From Macrostomum hystrix (taxonomy: Eukaryota; Animalia; Platyhelminthes), in NCBI GenBank assembly GCA_950097015.1, contig CATNEN010000039.1, forward strand, positions 16,492,001-16,556,000: 64,000 nucleotides of DNA, given 5' to 3'. Under the pieces are notes generated by a model, which saw only the letters and a program-made list of their open reading frames with translations, made no database searches and was not told where the DNA came from. Positions within the stretch are counted from its first letter, which is position 1; each line of letters starts with the position of its first letter. A program made the translations under genes and the position numbers. Positions 10,843 through 22,884 of this stretch are shown here, piece after piece.

Positions 10843-13800
10843 ATGTCCACATCAAGAGACCTTGCCGAGGCTCAGCCTCCGTCAACGCCGCGGCCCATTC
10901 GTCGAATCTGCTGCATCGGCGCCGGCTACGTTGGCGTGCCATCCAGCGCCGTGATAGCCAGCCAATGCTGCCACATTGATGTCACCGTGGTTGATATCTC
11001 CGTAGCTAAAATTGCCGCCTGGAACTCTAACGACAGTCATCCGCTGTACGAGCCGGGACTGGCCGAGCTGATCTCCCGCACTAGGGGCGTTAATTTGCAC
11101 TTTAGCAGCGACATGATCGGCCCATTGGAGGGCGCCGATCTGATTTTCATCTGCGTCAATACGCCGACTAAAGCCTACGGACTGGGCCAGGGCAAGGCGG
11201 CCGATCTGACTACGCTTGAGTCTGCCGCCAGGTAATGCTCACGCGTGCTTGCAATTCCCATACTATCATTTTATACTATCTGTTTCCAAATGAGATTTTC
11301 TCCTCTGTTCCTTTAACGTACAGTCTAGTCTCCCCTACTCATTCTGAAATATTCTTTCCTATTATTATTTCCTTTATTTTTTTCTTATTTTTAACTATGG
11401 GCTGGCTTCTTCAGGGCCGCTCTTCCCCATTCCTTCAGGGCCGCTCTTCCCTATTCCTTCAGGGCCGCTCTTCCCCATTCCTTCAGGGCCGCTCTTCCCC
11501 ATTCCTTCAGGGCCGCTCTTCCCCATTCCTTCAGGGCCGCTCTTCCCCATTTCTTCAGGGCCGCTCCTCCTTATTCCTTCAGGGCCGCTCTTCCCTATTC
11601 CTTCAGGGCCGCTCTTCCCCATTCCTTCAGGGCCGCTCTTCCTTATTCCTTCAGGGCCGCTCTTCCCTATTCCTTCAGTCCCGCTCTTCCCCATTCCTTC
11701 AGGGCCGCTCTTCCCCATTCCTTAAGAGTTGCTCTCCTCCGTTCCCTCAGGGCTGCTGTCCTCCGTTCCCTCAGGGCTGCTGTCCTCCGTTCCCTCAGGG
11801 CTGCTCTATTCTGTTCCCTCAGGGCACGGATATTCCCTCCTATTAATAAAGGGATATTATCCTGTGTTCTTTAAGAGATAAGTACATTCAGTGCAATTTA
11901 ACAAGTCTAATCAATGTCGCCTAAATCGCAGGCACATTGTTCGCATAGCCAGCCAGCCAAAGATTGTAGTGGAGAAGAGTACAGTACCCGTGCGTGCTGC
12001 TGAAAGCATCTGCAAAATCTTGCGCGCCAACGAGCGACCCGGGGTTCGGCACACTGTCTTGTCCAACCCGGAGTTCCTGGCTGAGGGCACCGCCGTGCAG
12101 GACCTACTCCGTCCAGATCGGGTTTTGATTGGTGGCGAACGGACTCCTGAAGGTCAGGAAGCTGTTCAACGGCTTGTCGATGTAAGTGAAAAATGTTATG
12201 TTCATTAATAGACAAGAGTAAAAATGTATAATATTATAAGATTTAACGATAAATAGCAAATTGCTAAAGTGCTAAAGTCTTTGTAAATCAGTGAGCCTGA
12301 ATTTTCTTACAATCGTTCCTGAAGTTTCTTATAATCAGTCCTGAAGTTTCTTATAATCAGTCCTGAAGTTTCTTATAATCAGTCCTGAAGTTTCTTATAA
12401 TCAGTCCTGAAGTTTCTTATAATCAGTCCTGAAGTTTCTTACAATCGGTCCTGAAGTTTCTTACAATCATTCCTGAAGTTTCTTATAATCGGTCCTGAAG
12501 TTTCTTACAATCGTTCCTGAAGATTCTTATAATCGGTCCTGAAGTTTCTTATAATCGTTCCTGAAGTTTCTTATAATCGGTCCTGAAGTTTCTTATAATC
12601 AATCCTGAAGTTTCTTATAATCGGTCCTGAAGTTTCTTACAATCGTTCCTGAAGATTCTTATAATCGGTCCTGAAGTTTCTTATAATCGTTCCTGAAGTT
12701 TCTTACAATCGTTCCTGAAGTTTCTTATAATCAGTCCTGAAGTTTCTTATAATCAGTCCTGAAGTTTCTTACAATCATTTCTGAAGTTTCTTATAATCGG
12801 TCCTGAAGTTTCTTATAATCAGTCCTGAAGTTTCTTACAATCATTTCTGAAGTTTCTTATAATCGGTCCTGAAGTTTCTTACAATCGTTCCTGAAGTTTC
12901 CTTTAATCGGTCCTGAAGTTTCTTACAATCGTTCCTGAAGTTTCTTATAATCAGTCCTGAAGTTTCTTATAATCGTTCCTGAAGTTTTTTTTCTTTCACT
13001 CGGTCCTGAAGTTTTTTGTCATCGGTCCTACAGTCCTCAGTCCTGAAGTTATTTAGATTCTATCTGTAGACTATCTGTAGTATATTTCTAATTAGTGTAC
13101 AAACCAGTGCTGATTGGCCCTAAAGTTTCTAGATAGTCCATGAAGGTTCAGCTAGATTAGCCCCGAAAAAGGCAATCCGTGAAAAGCTTTCGCAAGCTAT
13201 AATTTCTAACTGGCGCCCTCCTGACAGGTGTACGCCAATTGGGTGCCGAAAGATCGCCTAGTAACCATGAACCTGTGGAGCTCGGAACTGTCTAAGCTGG
13301 TTGCTAACGCGATGCTAGCCCAGCGAATCAGCAGCATCAACGCCGCGTCCGCCATCTGCGAAGCCACCGGAGCCGACGTGTCCGAGGTGGCCAGGGCTGT
13401 TGGGGCGGACTCGCGAATCGGACCCAGATTTCTCTGCGCCAGTCTGGGCTTCGGCGGCAGCTGCTTCCAGAAGGATGTGCTTAATTTGGTCTACCTGTGC
13501 GAGAGCTTGAATCTGCCTGAGGTGGCCAGGTGACCTACTGCTCAAACTCTGAATTGCTCAATAACTCCTATCTGATAATCCCTCATGAACTGCTAGATTA
13601 ATAATCGGCCCTCATGAGCTCCTAGATTTATAATCCCTAAATCCCAATTCAAAATCCCTAAATCCCAATTCATAATCCCTAGATCTCAATTCATGATCCC
13701 TATATTCTAATTCATGATCCCTAGATGATTCTAATTCATAATCCCTAGATCTCAATTCATAATCCCTAGATCCCAATTTATAATCCCTAGATCTCAGTTC

Positions 13801-16005
13801 ATTATCCCTAGATCTCAATTCATGATCCCTAGATCTTAATTTATAATCCCTAGATCCTAGATGCAAGTCCTAGATTTATTTAAACTCATAGTTTAGAGCT
13901 AGGCATTTAATCCCTAGTTCTTCAGTTCACCCAGCTTTGAAATTAGTATTAGCTGGGGTACACATATGTGTGGATGTGACGGCTTCGTAAGTCAAGTTGC
14001 ATTTCTATATATGTACGCTCGTATATATTCTCTGTATATTCTTGCAATATTCCCCACTGAATTCCAGGTATTGGGAGGCTGTGATCGCGCTCAACCAGTA
14101 CCAGAAAATCAGATTTTCCGACAAGATCATCGTCGACCTGTTCAACACGGTTAAAGGCAAGCGGATCGCCATCCTTGGCTTCGCTTTTAAAAAGGACACC
14201 GGCGACACCAGAGAATCGCCTGCCATCGACGTCTGCCGACGACTGATCGACGAGGGCGCTCTGCTCAGAGTGTACGACCCCAAGGTTTGTTGCTGTTGCT
14301 GAAGAACTCCTAGTATGCTTTCTCTCCCTGTCTGTCTTCCCTCTCCCCTGTCTTCCCTCTCCCCTGTCTTCCCTCTCCACTGTCTGTCTTCCCTCTGCAC
14401 TGTCCGTCTTCCCTCTCCCCTGTCTGTCTTCCCTCTCACCTGTCTGTCTTCCCTCTCGCCTGTCTGTCTTCCCTCTCCCCTGTCTGTCTTCCCTCTCCAC
14501 TGTCTGTCTTCCCTCTCACCTGTCTGTCTTCCCTCTCGCCTGTCTGTCTTCCCTCTCCCCTGTCTGTCTTCCCTCTCCACTGCCCGTCTTCCTTCTCCAC
14601 TGCCCGTCTTCCCTCTCACCTGTCTGTCTTCCCTCTCACCTGTCTGTCTTCCCTCTCGCCTGTCTGTCTTGCCTCTCCCCTGTCTGTCTTCCCTCTCCAC
14701 TGTCTGTCTTCCCTCTCCCCTGTCCGTCTTCCCTCTCACCTGTCTGTTTTCCCTCTCCCCTGTCTGTCTTCCCTCTCGCCTGTCTGTCTTCCCTCTCTAC
14801 TGTCCGTCTTCCCTCTCTACTGTCCGTCTTCCCTCTCTACTGTCTGTCTTCCCTCTCTACTGTCTGCCTTCCCTCTCCCCTGTCTGTCTTCCCTCTCTAC
14901 TGTCTGTCTTCTTCCCTCTCTACTGTCTGTCTTCCCTCTCTACTGTCCGTCTTCCCTCTCTACTGTCTGTCTTCCCTCTCTACTGTCTGTCTTCCCTCTC
15001 TACTGTCTGTCTTCCCTCTCTACTGTCTGTCTTCTCTCTCTACTGTCTGTCTTCCCTCTCGCCTGTCTGTCTTCCCTCTCTACTGTCTGTCTTCCCTCTC
15101 TACTGTCCGTCTTCCCTCTCTACTGTCTGTCTTCCCTCTCTACTGTCCGTCTTCCCTCTCTACTGTCTGTCTTCCCTCTCTACTGTCTGTCTTCCCTCTC
15201 TACTGTCTGTCTTCCCTCTCCCCTGTCTGTCTTCCCTCTCTACTGTCTGTCTTCCCTCTCCCCTGTCTGTCTTCTCTCTCTACTGTCTGTCTTCCCTCTC
15301 GCCTGTCTGTCTTCCCTCTCTACTGTCTGTCTTCCCTCTCTACTGTCCGTCTTCCCTCTCTACTGTCTGTCTTCCCTCTCTACTGTCCGTCTTCCCTCTC
15401 TACTGTCTGTCTTCCCTCTCTACTGTCTGTCTTCCCTCTCTACTGTCTGTCTTCCCTCTCCCCTGTCTGTCTTCCCTCTCTACTGTCTGTCTTCTTCCCT
15501 CTCCCCTGTCCGTCTTCCCTCTCACCTGTCTGTCTTCCCTCTCCACTGTCCGTCTTCCCTCTTCCCTGTTTTTCTTTTTTCTTTCTCTGTCTTTTTCCTC
15601 TCTCCTTGTCTCTCTTCCCTTTCTTCCCCGGACTCTCTTAACAATGAAACTCTTGCCGAGCAGTCTCAATCTACCTTTCCACCCCATTTACTCACCAACC
15701 CCTCTTAGGTGCTGAGTTCGCAGATTCGCGAAGACCTTGGCCAGCCTCTCAAATCGTTGGATGGTAACGTGACAGTGTGTTCGGATTGCTACACTGCAGC
15801 CGAGGCCTGCCACGCTGTAGTGATCTGCACCGAGTGGGCCGAATTCGCAGAATTAGATTTCAATCGCATCTACCTCGGCATGGAGAAGCCGGCCTTCATT
15901 TTCGACGGTCGGAATATACTGGACCACGAAGCCCTGCTTAAAATTGGGTTCAGCGTGCGAGCTGTTGGCAAACGATTGGGGCGAGACGATAATGTTGGCA
16001 TCTGA
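10843..16005 (+). CDS. UGDH: UDP-glucose 6-dehydrogenase. Exons 10843-11231, 11932-12181, 13228-13529, 14068-14284, 15709-16005
   Basis: [61 protein letters not shown] (catalytic Cys), [15 protein letters not shown] and IFDGRN. All junctions are GT-AG and in frame. Confidence 0.97.
11400..11825. repeat. 24-bp minisatellite in UGDH intron 1, same family as 9950-10700
   Basis: Same unit and same flanking signatures. Confidence 0.95.
12295..13050. repeat. 22-bp minisatellite (TCCTGAAGTTTCTTATAATCAG)n, UGDH intron 2
   Basis: About 30 tandem copies. Confidence 0.95.
13620..13862. repeat. 21-bp minisatellite (CTAGATCTCAATTCATAATCC)n, UGDH intron 3
   Basis: Tandem copies. Confidence 0.9.
14320..15565. 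repeat. 20-bp pyrimidine-rich minisatellite (CTGTCTGTCTTCCCTCTCTA)n, UGDH intron 4
   Basis: About 60 tandem copies. Confidence 0.95.
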
Positions 16006-16098
16006 CGGGTAGCGAAATCTGTAATTTAACGGAATTTTCTCGACGCATTACTTTTCTTTTCTTCTTTAATACCATGGTTCCAAGGTGGAGAGAGCGGA

Positions 16099-16303
16099 TA
16101 GACAGTGAGGTATAGTCTTTGGTAGGCAGTGAGATAGAGTCTTTGGTAGACAGTGAGGTAGAGTCTTTGGTAGACAGTGAGGTAGAGTCTTTGGTAGACA
16201 GTGAGGTAGAGTCTTTAGTAGACAGTGAGGTAGAGTCTTTGGTAGACAGTGAGGTAGAGTCTTTAGTAGACAGTGAGGTAGAGTCTTTGGTAGGTAGACA
16301 GTG
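16099..16303. repeat. 24-bp repeat (GTAGACAGTGAGGTAGAGTCTTTG)n downstream of the UGDH stop
   Basis: About 8 copies. Confidence 0.9.
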
Positions 16304-16734
16304 AATTATATAGATAAACTTTAGCTTAAAGCTAAGCATAAGTTGGCAAGTCTTTCTCGTTAATCGCTAAATGTCATTTTATTTAGGCTCATTTACTATC
16401 TGCAGCTGCTAAAATATTAATCGATATTTGGCCAAAAACTAAATTCATTCGTTACAAAAGATATGTCTAGATTGATTTTTTGCAACTTCCTTGTGAGTTC
16501 ATTCAAGTTTCCGCGTATTAAAACATGGGTTTTGCAATTTCTGTACACTATCATGAATATAAATCAAATATTTAACCATTTTCATATCTTATTCTTCTTA
16601 TTCATATCATAGTAAAACTGACTTTCATGATTCATTATTTAAACTGATTTTGACACGGTAATTTTTCTCTGATTTTCTAGTTTTATCTAAATAAAGTTTT
16701 CTGTTATTAGATTATAATTAAGTGACGCGTAGAT

Positions 16735-17185
16735 TAGATTAGGGTGACTCATAGATTAGATAAGAGTGACAGATTAGGGTCTCATAGATTCGATAAGAGT
16801 GACAGATTAGGGACTCAGAGGTTAGATAAGAGTGACAGATTAGGGTGACTCATAGATTAGATAAGAGTGACAGATTAGGGTGACTCATAGATTAGATAAG
16901 AGTGACAGATTAGGGTGACTCATAGGTTAGATAAGAGTGACAGATTAGGGTGACTTATAGATTAGATAAGAGTGACAGATTAGGGTGACTTATAGATTAG
17001 ATAAGAGTGACAGATTAGGGTGACTTATAGATTAGATAAGAGTGACAGATTAGGGTGACTTATAGATTAGATAAGAGTGACAGATTAGGGTGACTTATAG
17101 ATTAGATAAGAGTGACAGATTAGGGTGACTCATAGATTAGATAAGAGTGACAGATTAGGGTCTCATAGATTAGATAAGAGTGACT
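16735..17185. repeat. 35-bp minisatellite with TTAGGG in each unit, followed by a short 24-bp repeat to ~17285
   Basis: Unit GATTAGATAAGAGTGACAGATTAGGGTGACTCATA. Confidence 0.9.
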
Positions 17186-17308
17186 AATGTAGATTGAGGC
17201 AGGCGATGACTCATAGATTGAGGCGGGCGATGACTCATAGATTGAGGCAGGCGATGACTCATAGATTGAGGCAGGCAGTGACTCATTGACTCCTCTCTCG
17301 CCCTTCAG

Positions 17309-18485
17309 GACGGCAATCCGCGTGTTTCAGCCACCCTTGAAGAGCTGGTCCGTCAGGACGCTAGCCTGAAGGCGGCCATCGCCGATCTGCGCAATCCGGA
17401 CGCCTGTCGCAGTCGTCGCGACCTCGCCAGCCTAGAGTCGACTGGTCGCGACTGCCTGCGCGAGATTCGACGTCTTCTACGCCAACTAGACGACCTACTG
17501 GACGCCGTCGATGGCGAAGTTGAGCGGGCCCGGATAGAACGGGAGGCGCGCAATTGCCAGCGCAGCCTGCAGGCCGGCCAGGAGGCGATGCGGGAGGCGG
17601 CCTTGCAGAGGAAGCTGACGCTGCAGGAGGCCGAGCGGGCCGACCTACTGCGGCCGGATGTCGGCGGCGGCACTGGCGGCAGTGACGCTGGAGATGACGA
17701 CAGCTCAGCCAGGTGAGTATCAATAAACTTCATTATTCTTCCTCGGTCTCGTCTCTCCGGTGTCTTATATCTTATCTTGGGCAATGGTGCATCATTTGGT
17801 GCCACTAAACCCGCAGCCAGCGATGAGCCAATTCTACCCATTTCGCTGACTCCTGAGAACAAACACACACACGTGTGTACATCTGCCCTGACTTTCTCAT
17901 CGTCAGGCAGTGTACACTTTACTGTGACTTGGAGGTTGGCCCTTAATGGCGAATATTGCACGACAAGCCCCCAAAGTATGTGGACACTTCCCGGAAATAT
18001 TTGTGTATCATATAAATAGATAATCTAACATTTTTCCTTTTCCTTTTTCCTATGTTGGGACATAATGGATTGCTAGTCCAACCCATTTGTCTATTCAGGA
18101 ATGTTTAGGGATAAACTACCTTTTAAATCCATTTTCGATCCCAACAACACCACCCAGACGTCGACTACGTCAGCGCGAGGAGAGCGCTTCGGCTGCCGCC
18201 TCCCAGGTGACGCAATCGCTGCTGTTGCTTAGCAACCAACTAGCCGAGCAGGTGGAGGCCAGCTCTGAGACGGCCAGTAGATTGCTGCGCTCCTCAGACC
18301 AGCTGAAAGAGACAGGCGAAGAGCTGAAGTCCATGACTGGTCATATCAGCACGGCCAAACGGTTGCTAACCAGACTGTCTAGGCGAGATTTCACAGACAA
18401 AGTGCTTATCTTCTTGGCTTTTGTCTTCTTCTTTAGCACCTGCGCCTATATTGTTAAAAAGAGAACCATTGGTGTGACTGTTTGA
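17309..18485 (+). CDS. BNIP1: Vesicle transport SNARE Sec20/BNIP1. Exons 17309-17712, 18158-18485; start exon unresolved (candidate 16463-16492)
   Basis: Exon 17309 is missing from the ORF track (no start codon) and reads DGNPRVSATLEELVRQDASLKAAIADLR... The C-terminus ELKSMTGHISTAKRLLTRLSRRDFTDKVLIFLAFVFFFSTCAYIVKKR matches the Sec20 SNARE plus tail anchor. Confidence 0.88.
17775..17975 (-). mobile_element. SINE family 2 fragment in the Sec20 intron
   Basis: Reverse-complement match to 21771-22075 and 59755-60080. Confidence 0.75.
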
Positions 18486-18879
18486 GGCAGTGCAGTCTCA
18501 ATGGAGCTTATCTGTAACTATGCTTTGTGTGACCTTCGATGTCGCATCAATTAACATGCAATGCTTTTTAGCTATTAGTAACTGAGAGTAAACACAAATC
18601 GTCTGCTTTTATTGATTATTAAAATTGACAGTTATTTTCGTATTTTTTGTCTCTTTAATACTCCTTAGTCCATTATAGTTCAAATCACAAAGTAAGCAAT
18701 ATTTAGATTTGAAAATCCATTTGTTTTATATAATCTTTTAGCTTTCAAGTCCACTCCAGAATTAACGATTTTCTACTTTCAGTAGTGCAGGCAGTATTTT
18801 GTAAGCAAAAACTTTCAAATTCGTTTTTTTCCAGCAATTTTTTCTCGAGAATTTTTTACTGAAAAAATAATAAAGTACA

Positions 18880-20291
18880 ATGCAGAACCGATTCTCTGTC
18901 GCCCTCGCCCTGACTGTCGCCGTGGCCTTCTGCCTCTGCCTGGCTGTCAATGTCAACGCCGAAGAGACCAAGAAGGAGGTGAAAGAGTTGCGCATTGGTG
19001 TCAAGAAGCGCGTCCCGGCGGAGGAGTGCACGACCAAGGCTGCCAAAGGCGACACTTTGAGCATGCACTACACCGGTACACTGTACTCCGACGGTAGCAA
19101 ATTCGACTCCAGCCTCGACAGGGACCAGCCTTTCAAGTTTACTCTCGGCGTCGGTCAGGGTGAGGACTGAGTGATTCTCTGCCTCATGTTTGGTAGAGTT
19201 TGTGGTAGATAGAGTCAGTAGAGTTTGTGGTAGACAGAGTCAGTTGAGTTTGTGGTAGACAGAGTCAGTAGAGTTTGTGGTAGATAGAGTGGCTAGAGTT
19301 TGTGGTAGATAGAGTGGCTAGAGTTTGTGGTAGATAGAGTGGCTAGAGTTTGTGGTAGATAGAGTGGCTAGAGTTTGTGGTAGATAGAGTGGCTAGAGTT
19401 TGTGGTAGATAGAGTCAGTAGAGTTTGTGGTAGATAGAGTGGCTAGAGTTTGTGGTAGATAGAGTGGCTAGAGTTTGTGGTAGATAGAGTCAGTAGAGTT
19501 TGTGGTAGATAGAGTCAGTAGAGTTTGTGGTAGACAGAGTCAGTTGAGTTTGTGGTAGACAGAGTCAGTAGAGTTTGTGGTAGATAGAGTGGCTAGAGTT
19601 TGTGGTAGATAGAGTGGCTAGAGTTTGTGGTAGATAGAGTGGCTAGAGTTTGTGGTAGATAGAGTGGCTAGAGTTTGTGGTAGATAGAGTGGCTAGAGTT
19701 TGTGGTAGATAGAGTCAGTAGAGTTTGTGGTAGATAGAGTGGCTAGAGTTTGTGGTAGATAGAGTGGCTAGAGTTTGTGGTAGATAGAGTCAGTAGAGTT
19801 TGTGGTAGATAGAGTGGCTAGAGTTTGTGGTAGATAGAGTGGCTAGAGATTGTGGTAGATAGAGTGGCTAGAGTTTGTGGTAGATAGAGTGGCTAGAGTT
19901 TGTGGTAGATAGAGTGGCTAGAGTTTGTGGTAGATAGAGTCAGTAGAGTTTGTGGTAGATAGAGTCAGTAGAGTTTGTGGTAGATAGAGTCAGTAGAGTT
20001 TGTGGTAGATAGAGTGGATAGAGTTTCAGTTGTAGTTGTCTTAGCTAATTCAAACCCAACTCACTCCCACCCCCCCAATGTCCAGTGATCAAGGGCTGGG
20101 ACCAGGGCCTCATCGGTATGTGCAAGGGAGAGAAGCGACGCCTTGTCATCCCGTCTCATCTGGGCTACGGCGAGAACGGCTCACCGCCAAAGATTCCAGG
20201 AAATTCGGCTCTGGTCTTCGAAGTCGAACTACTGGACATTGAACGCAAGGATGCCGAGATGTTTAGCACCAAGATGCCGGGAGAGCTGTGA
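18880..20291 (+). CDS. FKBP2: ER-lumenal FKBP-type peptidyl-prolyl isomerase (FKBP2/FKBP13-like). Exons 18880-19159, 20086-20291
   Basis: Signal peptide, [35 protein letters not shown]|[29 protein letters not shown]. Ends in PGEL (KDEL-like). AATAAA at 20319. Confidence 0.95.
19190..20026. repeat. 25-bp minisatellite (AGAGTTTGTGGTAGATAGAGTGGCT)n filling the FKBP2 intron
   Basis: About 33 copies in two variants. Confidence 0.95.
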
Positions 20292-20451
20292 GATCCTGGA
20301 TGACAGTTGTTAGGGCTGAATAAAGCTGAATTAACCAGATTATTGTCACATTTCTTTGCGCTTAACTTTTTTGTTTTTTGGTGATTTTTTTATATTAGTT
20401 TAAGCTAGAACTTATTAGGAATTTTTGTAAAACGAATTTATTGCAGTAGAT

Positions 20452-20885
20452 GGGGTAGAGTCTACGGTAGATTTGGTAGTCTACGGTAGATTTGTTAGAG
20501 TCTACGGTAGATTTGGTAGAGTCTACGCTAGACAAGGTAGAGTCTACGGTAGACAAGGTAGAGTCTACGGTAGACAAGGTAGAGTCTACGGTAGACAAGT
20601 TAGAGTCTACGGTAGATTGGGTAGAGTCTACGGTAGATTTGGTAGAGTCTATGGTAGATTGGATAGAGTCTACGGTAGATTGGGTAGAGTCTATCGTAGA
20701 TTGGGTAGAGTCTACGGTAGATTGGGTAGAGTCTATGGTAGATTGGATAGAGTCTACGGTAGATTGGGTAGAGTCTATGGTAGATTGGGTAGAGTCTACG
20801 GTAGATTGGGTAGAGTCTATGGTAGATTGGGTAGAGTCTACGGTAGATTAGGTAGAGTCTACAGTAGATAGAGTAGAGTCTATGG
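20452..20885. repeat. 21-bp minisatellite (GTAGAGTCTACGGTAGATTGG)n
   Basis: About 20 copies. Confidence 0.95.
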
Positions 20886-21770
20886 CAAATTCGGTGGACC
20901 CTCCAGTAGAGTCAGTAGGCTCTGGCCCATATTGAGTCGAGTACATTAGTCGGCACAGTAAGTCAATATTCAATTTATTGTTTTCCTACTTCTGTGTTGT
21001 ATCTTTTTTTCCTAGCCTAGTTACTATCTGTGTTTTAATCAGCTTAAATTATTATTTAGCAAAGCATTGAATGCCCAACACTTACATGCCGCAATTATGC
21101 ATCGGTTTGAGTCTGCAGTGTGAATCGAAAATATCATCGTATGTGCCGTGTGTGCCAATGATTTATGCTATCTTTGTGTCAGTTCGTTATGCTTAACCTT
21201 ATTTGCGTAAGGCCGTTTCGCTATTCGATCAAAATTATTGTTCTGCTCTTCAGACAAACAAATGAAGAATAATGAAATTAACACAAATAAATTATCATAA
21301 ATTCATTCGTCTTTTTTCAATTTTGCAATTAATTCTACCAACTATCTATCTAGCAGTGATGAATAAATAATTAAAATATATGATAAGGGTTTCAAAATCT
21401 GTTTTCCTTTTATTTTTTCTTGAAATAACATGGTTGCATAGCAACAAAAGGATGCATCAACAGACGATTAATGGAACACGCCATTTTAGCGTCTATTGTT
21501 AAGAAATTTGATACAATTGGCATGACTTTGTAGATTATTAGTGACTTGGTTTTATAAATGATGAAATAGTTGAAAACACAACTAGCTTTCATAATCAATC
21601 TTTTCATGCTTTAAGTATGGATTCTAACTGCTTTCTTTGTGTAGCGATCATCTGACACAAAGGTACTGTTCCGTTTGTGCCTGGGGTTGAGCAATCGTAG
21701 GAAAATGGAATTATTGATTTAGCTTAACTCCACACTAGTTGTACTTAACTAAAGACAAAGGACTCGTTGG

Positions 21771-22075
21771 GGGGGTGAGTGGCAGAGCGGCTAACGCGTT
21801 TGCCTCTCGCACCAAGGTCCCTGAGCTCGATTCCGCCGCGAGGCCGCATTCATTTAGGGCGCAGCCGCGAAGAGAAGGCTTGGGGGCTTGTCGTGTAATT
21901 TACACAATTGAGGAACAAACTCTAAGGCAGATGTACACACCTGTGCGACTGCGTACAGTATCTGTGTGAGTGTGTGCTCAGGAGTCAGCGGAATGGGTAG
22001 AATTGTCTCATCGCTGGCTGCGGCTCTAGTGTCACCAAATGATGTACCAGTGCCCGCTGCCCTGCTGCAAATTTA
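21771..22075 (+). mobile_element. tRNA-derived SINE (family 2), most complete head in the window
   Basis: A-box-like TGGCAGAGCGG and B-box-like GCTCGATTCC. Body shared with 17775-17975(-), 26302-26495, 43223-43420 and 59755-60080. TTA-rich tail. Confidence 0.75.
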
Positions 22076-22499
22076 AATATTTCTTTATTATTATTCATCC
22101 CAGATCCCAGAATCTTACAGTTTTCTCCCGGATCCCAAATTGCGAATTTCTCCGATTTCACTCGTGTGAGTTTACTAGGACACAGGTACATTCGGATTCT
22201 ACTATTGTGTAGATAGTTCAAACTATAACAAAGGCACTGTCGTTGGACGCCTTGTAATTGAAGTACATTCGAACTAGCGGCTGCAATTCCGAAATATTGA
22301 CCCGGCCGGCAGATTTTGGGCCCCACGGATAGGCCAGGTGCAGGAACAGGTGTCGGCCAATTGTCCGATTGGTGTGGGTCAAATCTGGTTTTAATCGGCC
22401 GGCTAGGACTGATCGACAGGCGTCTAGGCGCCATTTTTCATCGGGCGAGCCTGGGTTCGAATTTGTATTTTAAATATTCATATAAAAAAGTACATGATT

Positions 22500-22718
22500 T
22501 CGGGATCTGAGAGAAATTGAAGATTTGAGGATCTGGGAGAAATTGAAGATTTGAGGATCTGGGAGAAATTGAAGATTTGAGGATCTGGGTGAAATTGAAG
22601 ATTTGAGGATCTGGGAGAAATTGAAGATTTGAGGATCTGGGAGAAATTGAAGATTTGAGGATCTGGGAGAAATTGAAGATTTGAGGATCTGGGAGAAATT
22701 GAATATTTAAGGATCTGA
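22500..22718. repeat. 26-bp minisatellite (GAGGATCTGGGAGAAATTGAAGATTT)n
   Basis: About 8 copies, with degenerate inverted copies at ~22098-22155. Confidence 0.9.
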
Positions 22719-22884
22719 ATTCGTCCTCGTTTTATATATTGGTTCAACAAAAAACCCAGAATTTAAAGCGTACGTACAAGAATACTATCAGAATACTATC
22801 TTAGAGCACGATCCGGATATGACTCCTCACTTAAAGGTGTTACCAGCAGAGCATCAAGCATCATAGAGATGAAGCTCCGCTCAC

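Noticed and set aside
14315-15715. 466-aa Leu/Ser/Pro/Cys ORF, and similar ORFs at 9903-10764, 20473-20871, 41088-42599 and 55508-56632
   Set aside because: Translations of intronic or intergenic minisatellites, with no evidence of coding function.
17353-17961. 202-aa minus-strand ORF
   Set aside because: Antisense shadow of the Sec20 exon fused to a SINE fragment.
21200-21690. Candidate terminal exons for the glycosyltransferase (e.g. GTNGTVPLCQMIATQRK at ~21680-21605)
   Set aside because: Phase-compatible but lacks a diagnostic motif, so it cannot be chosen without transcript data.
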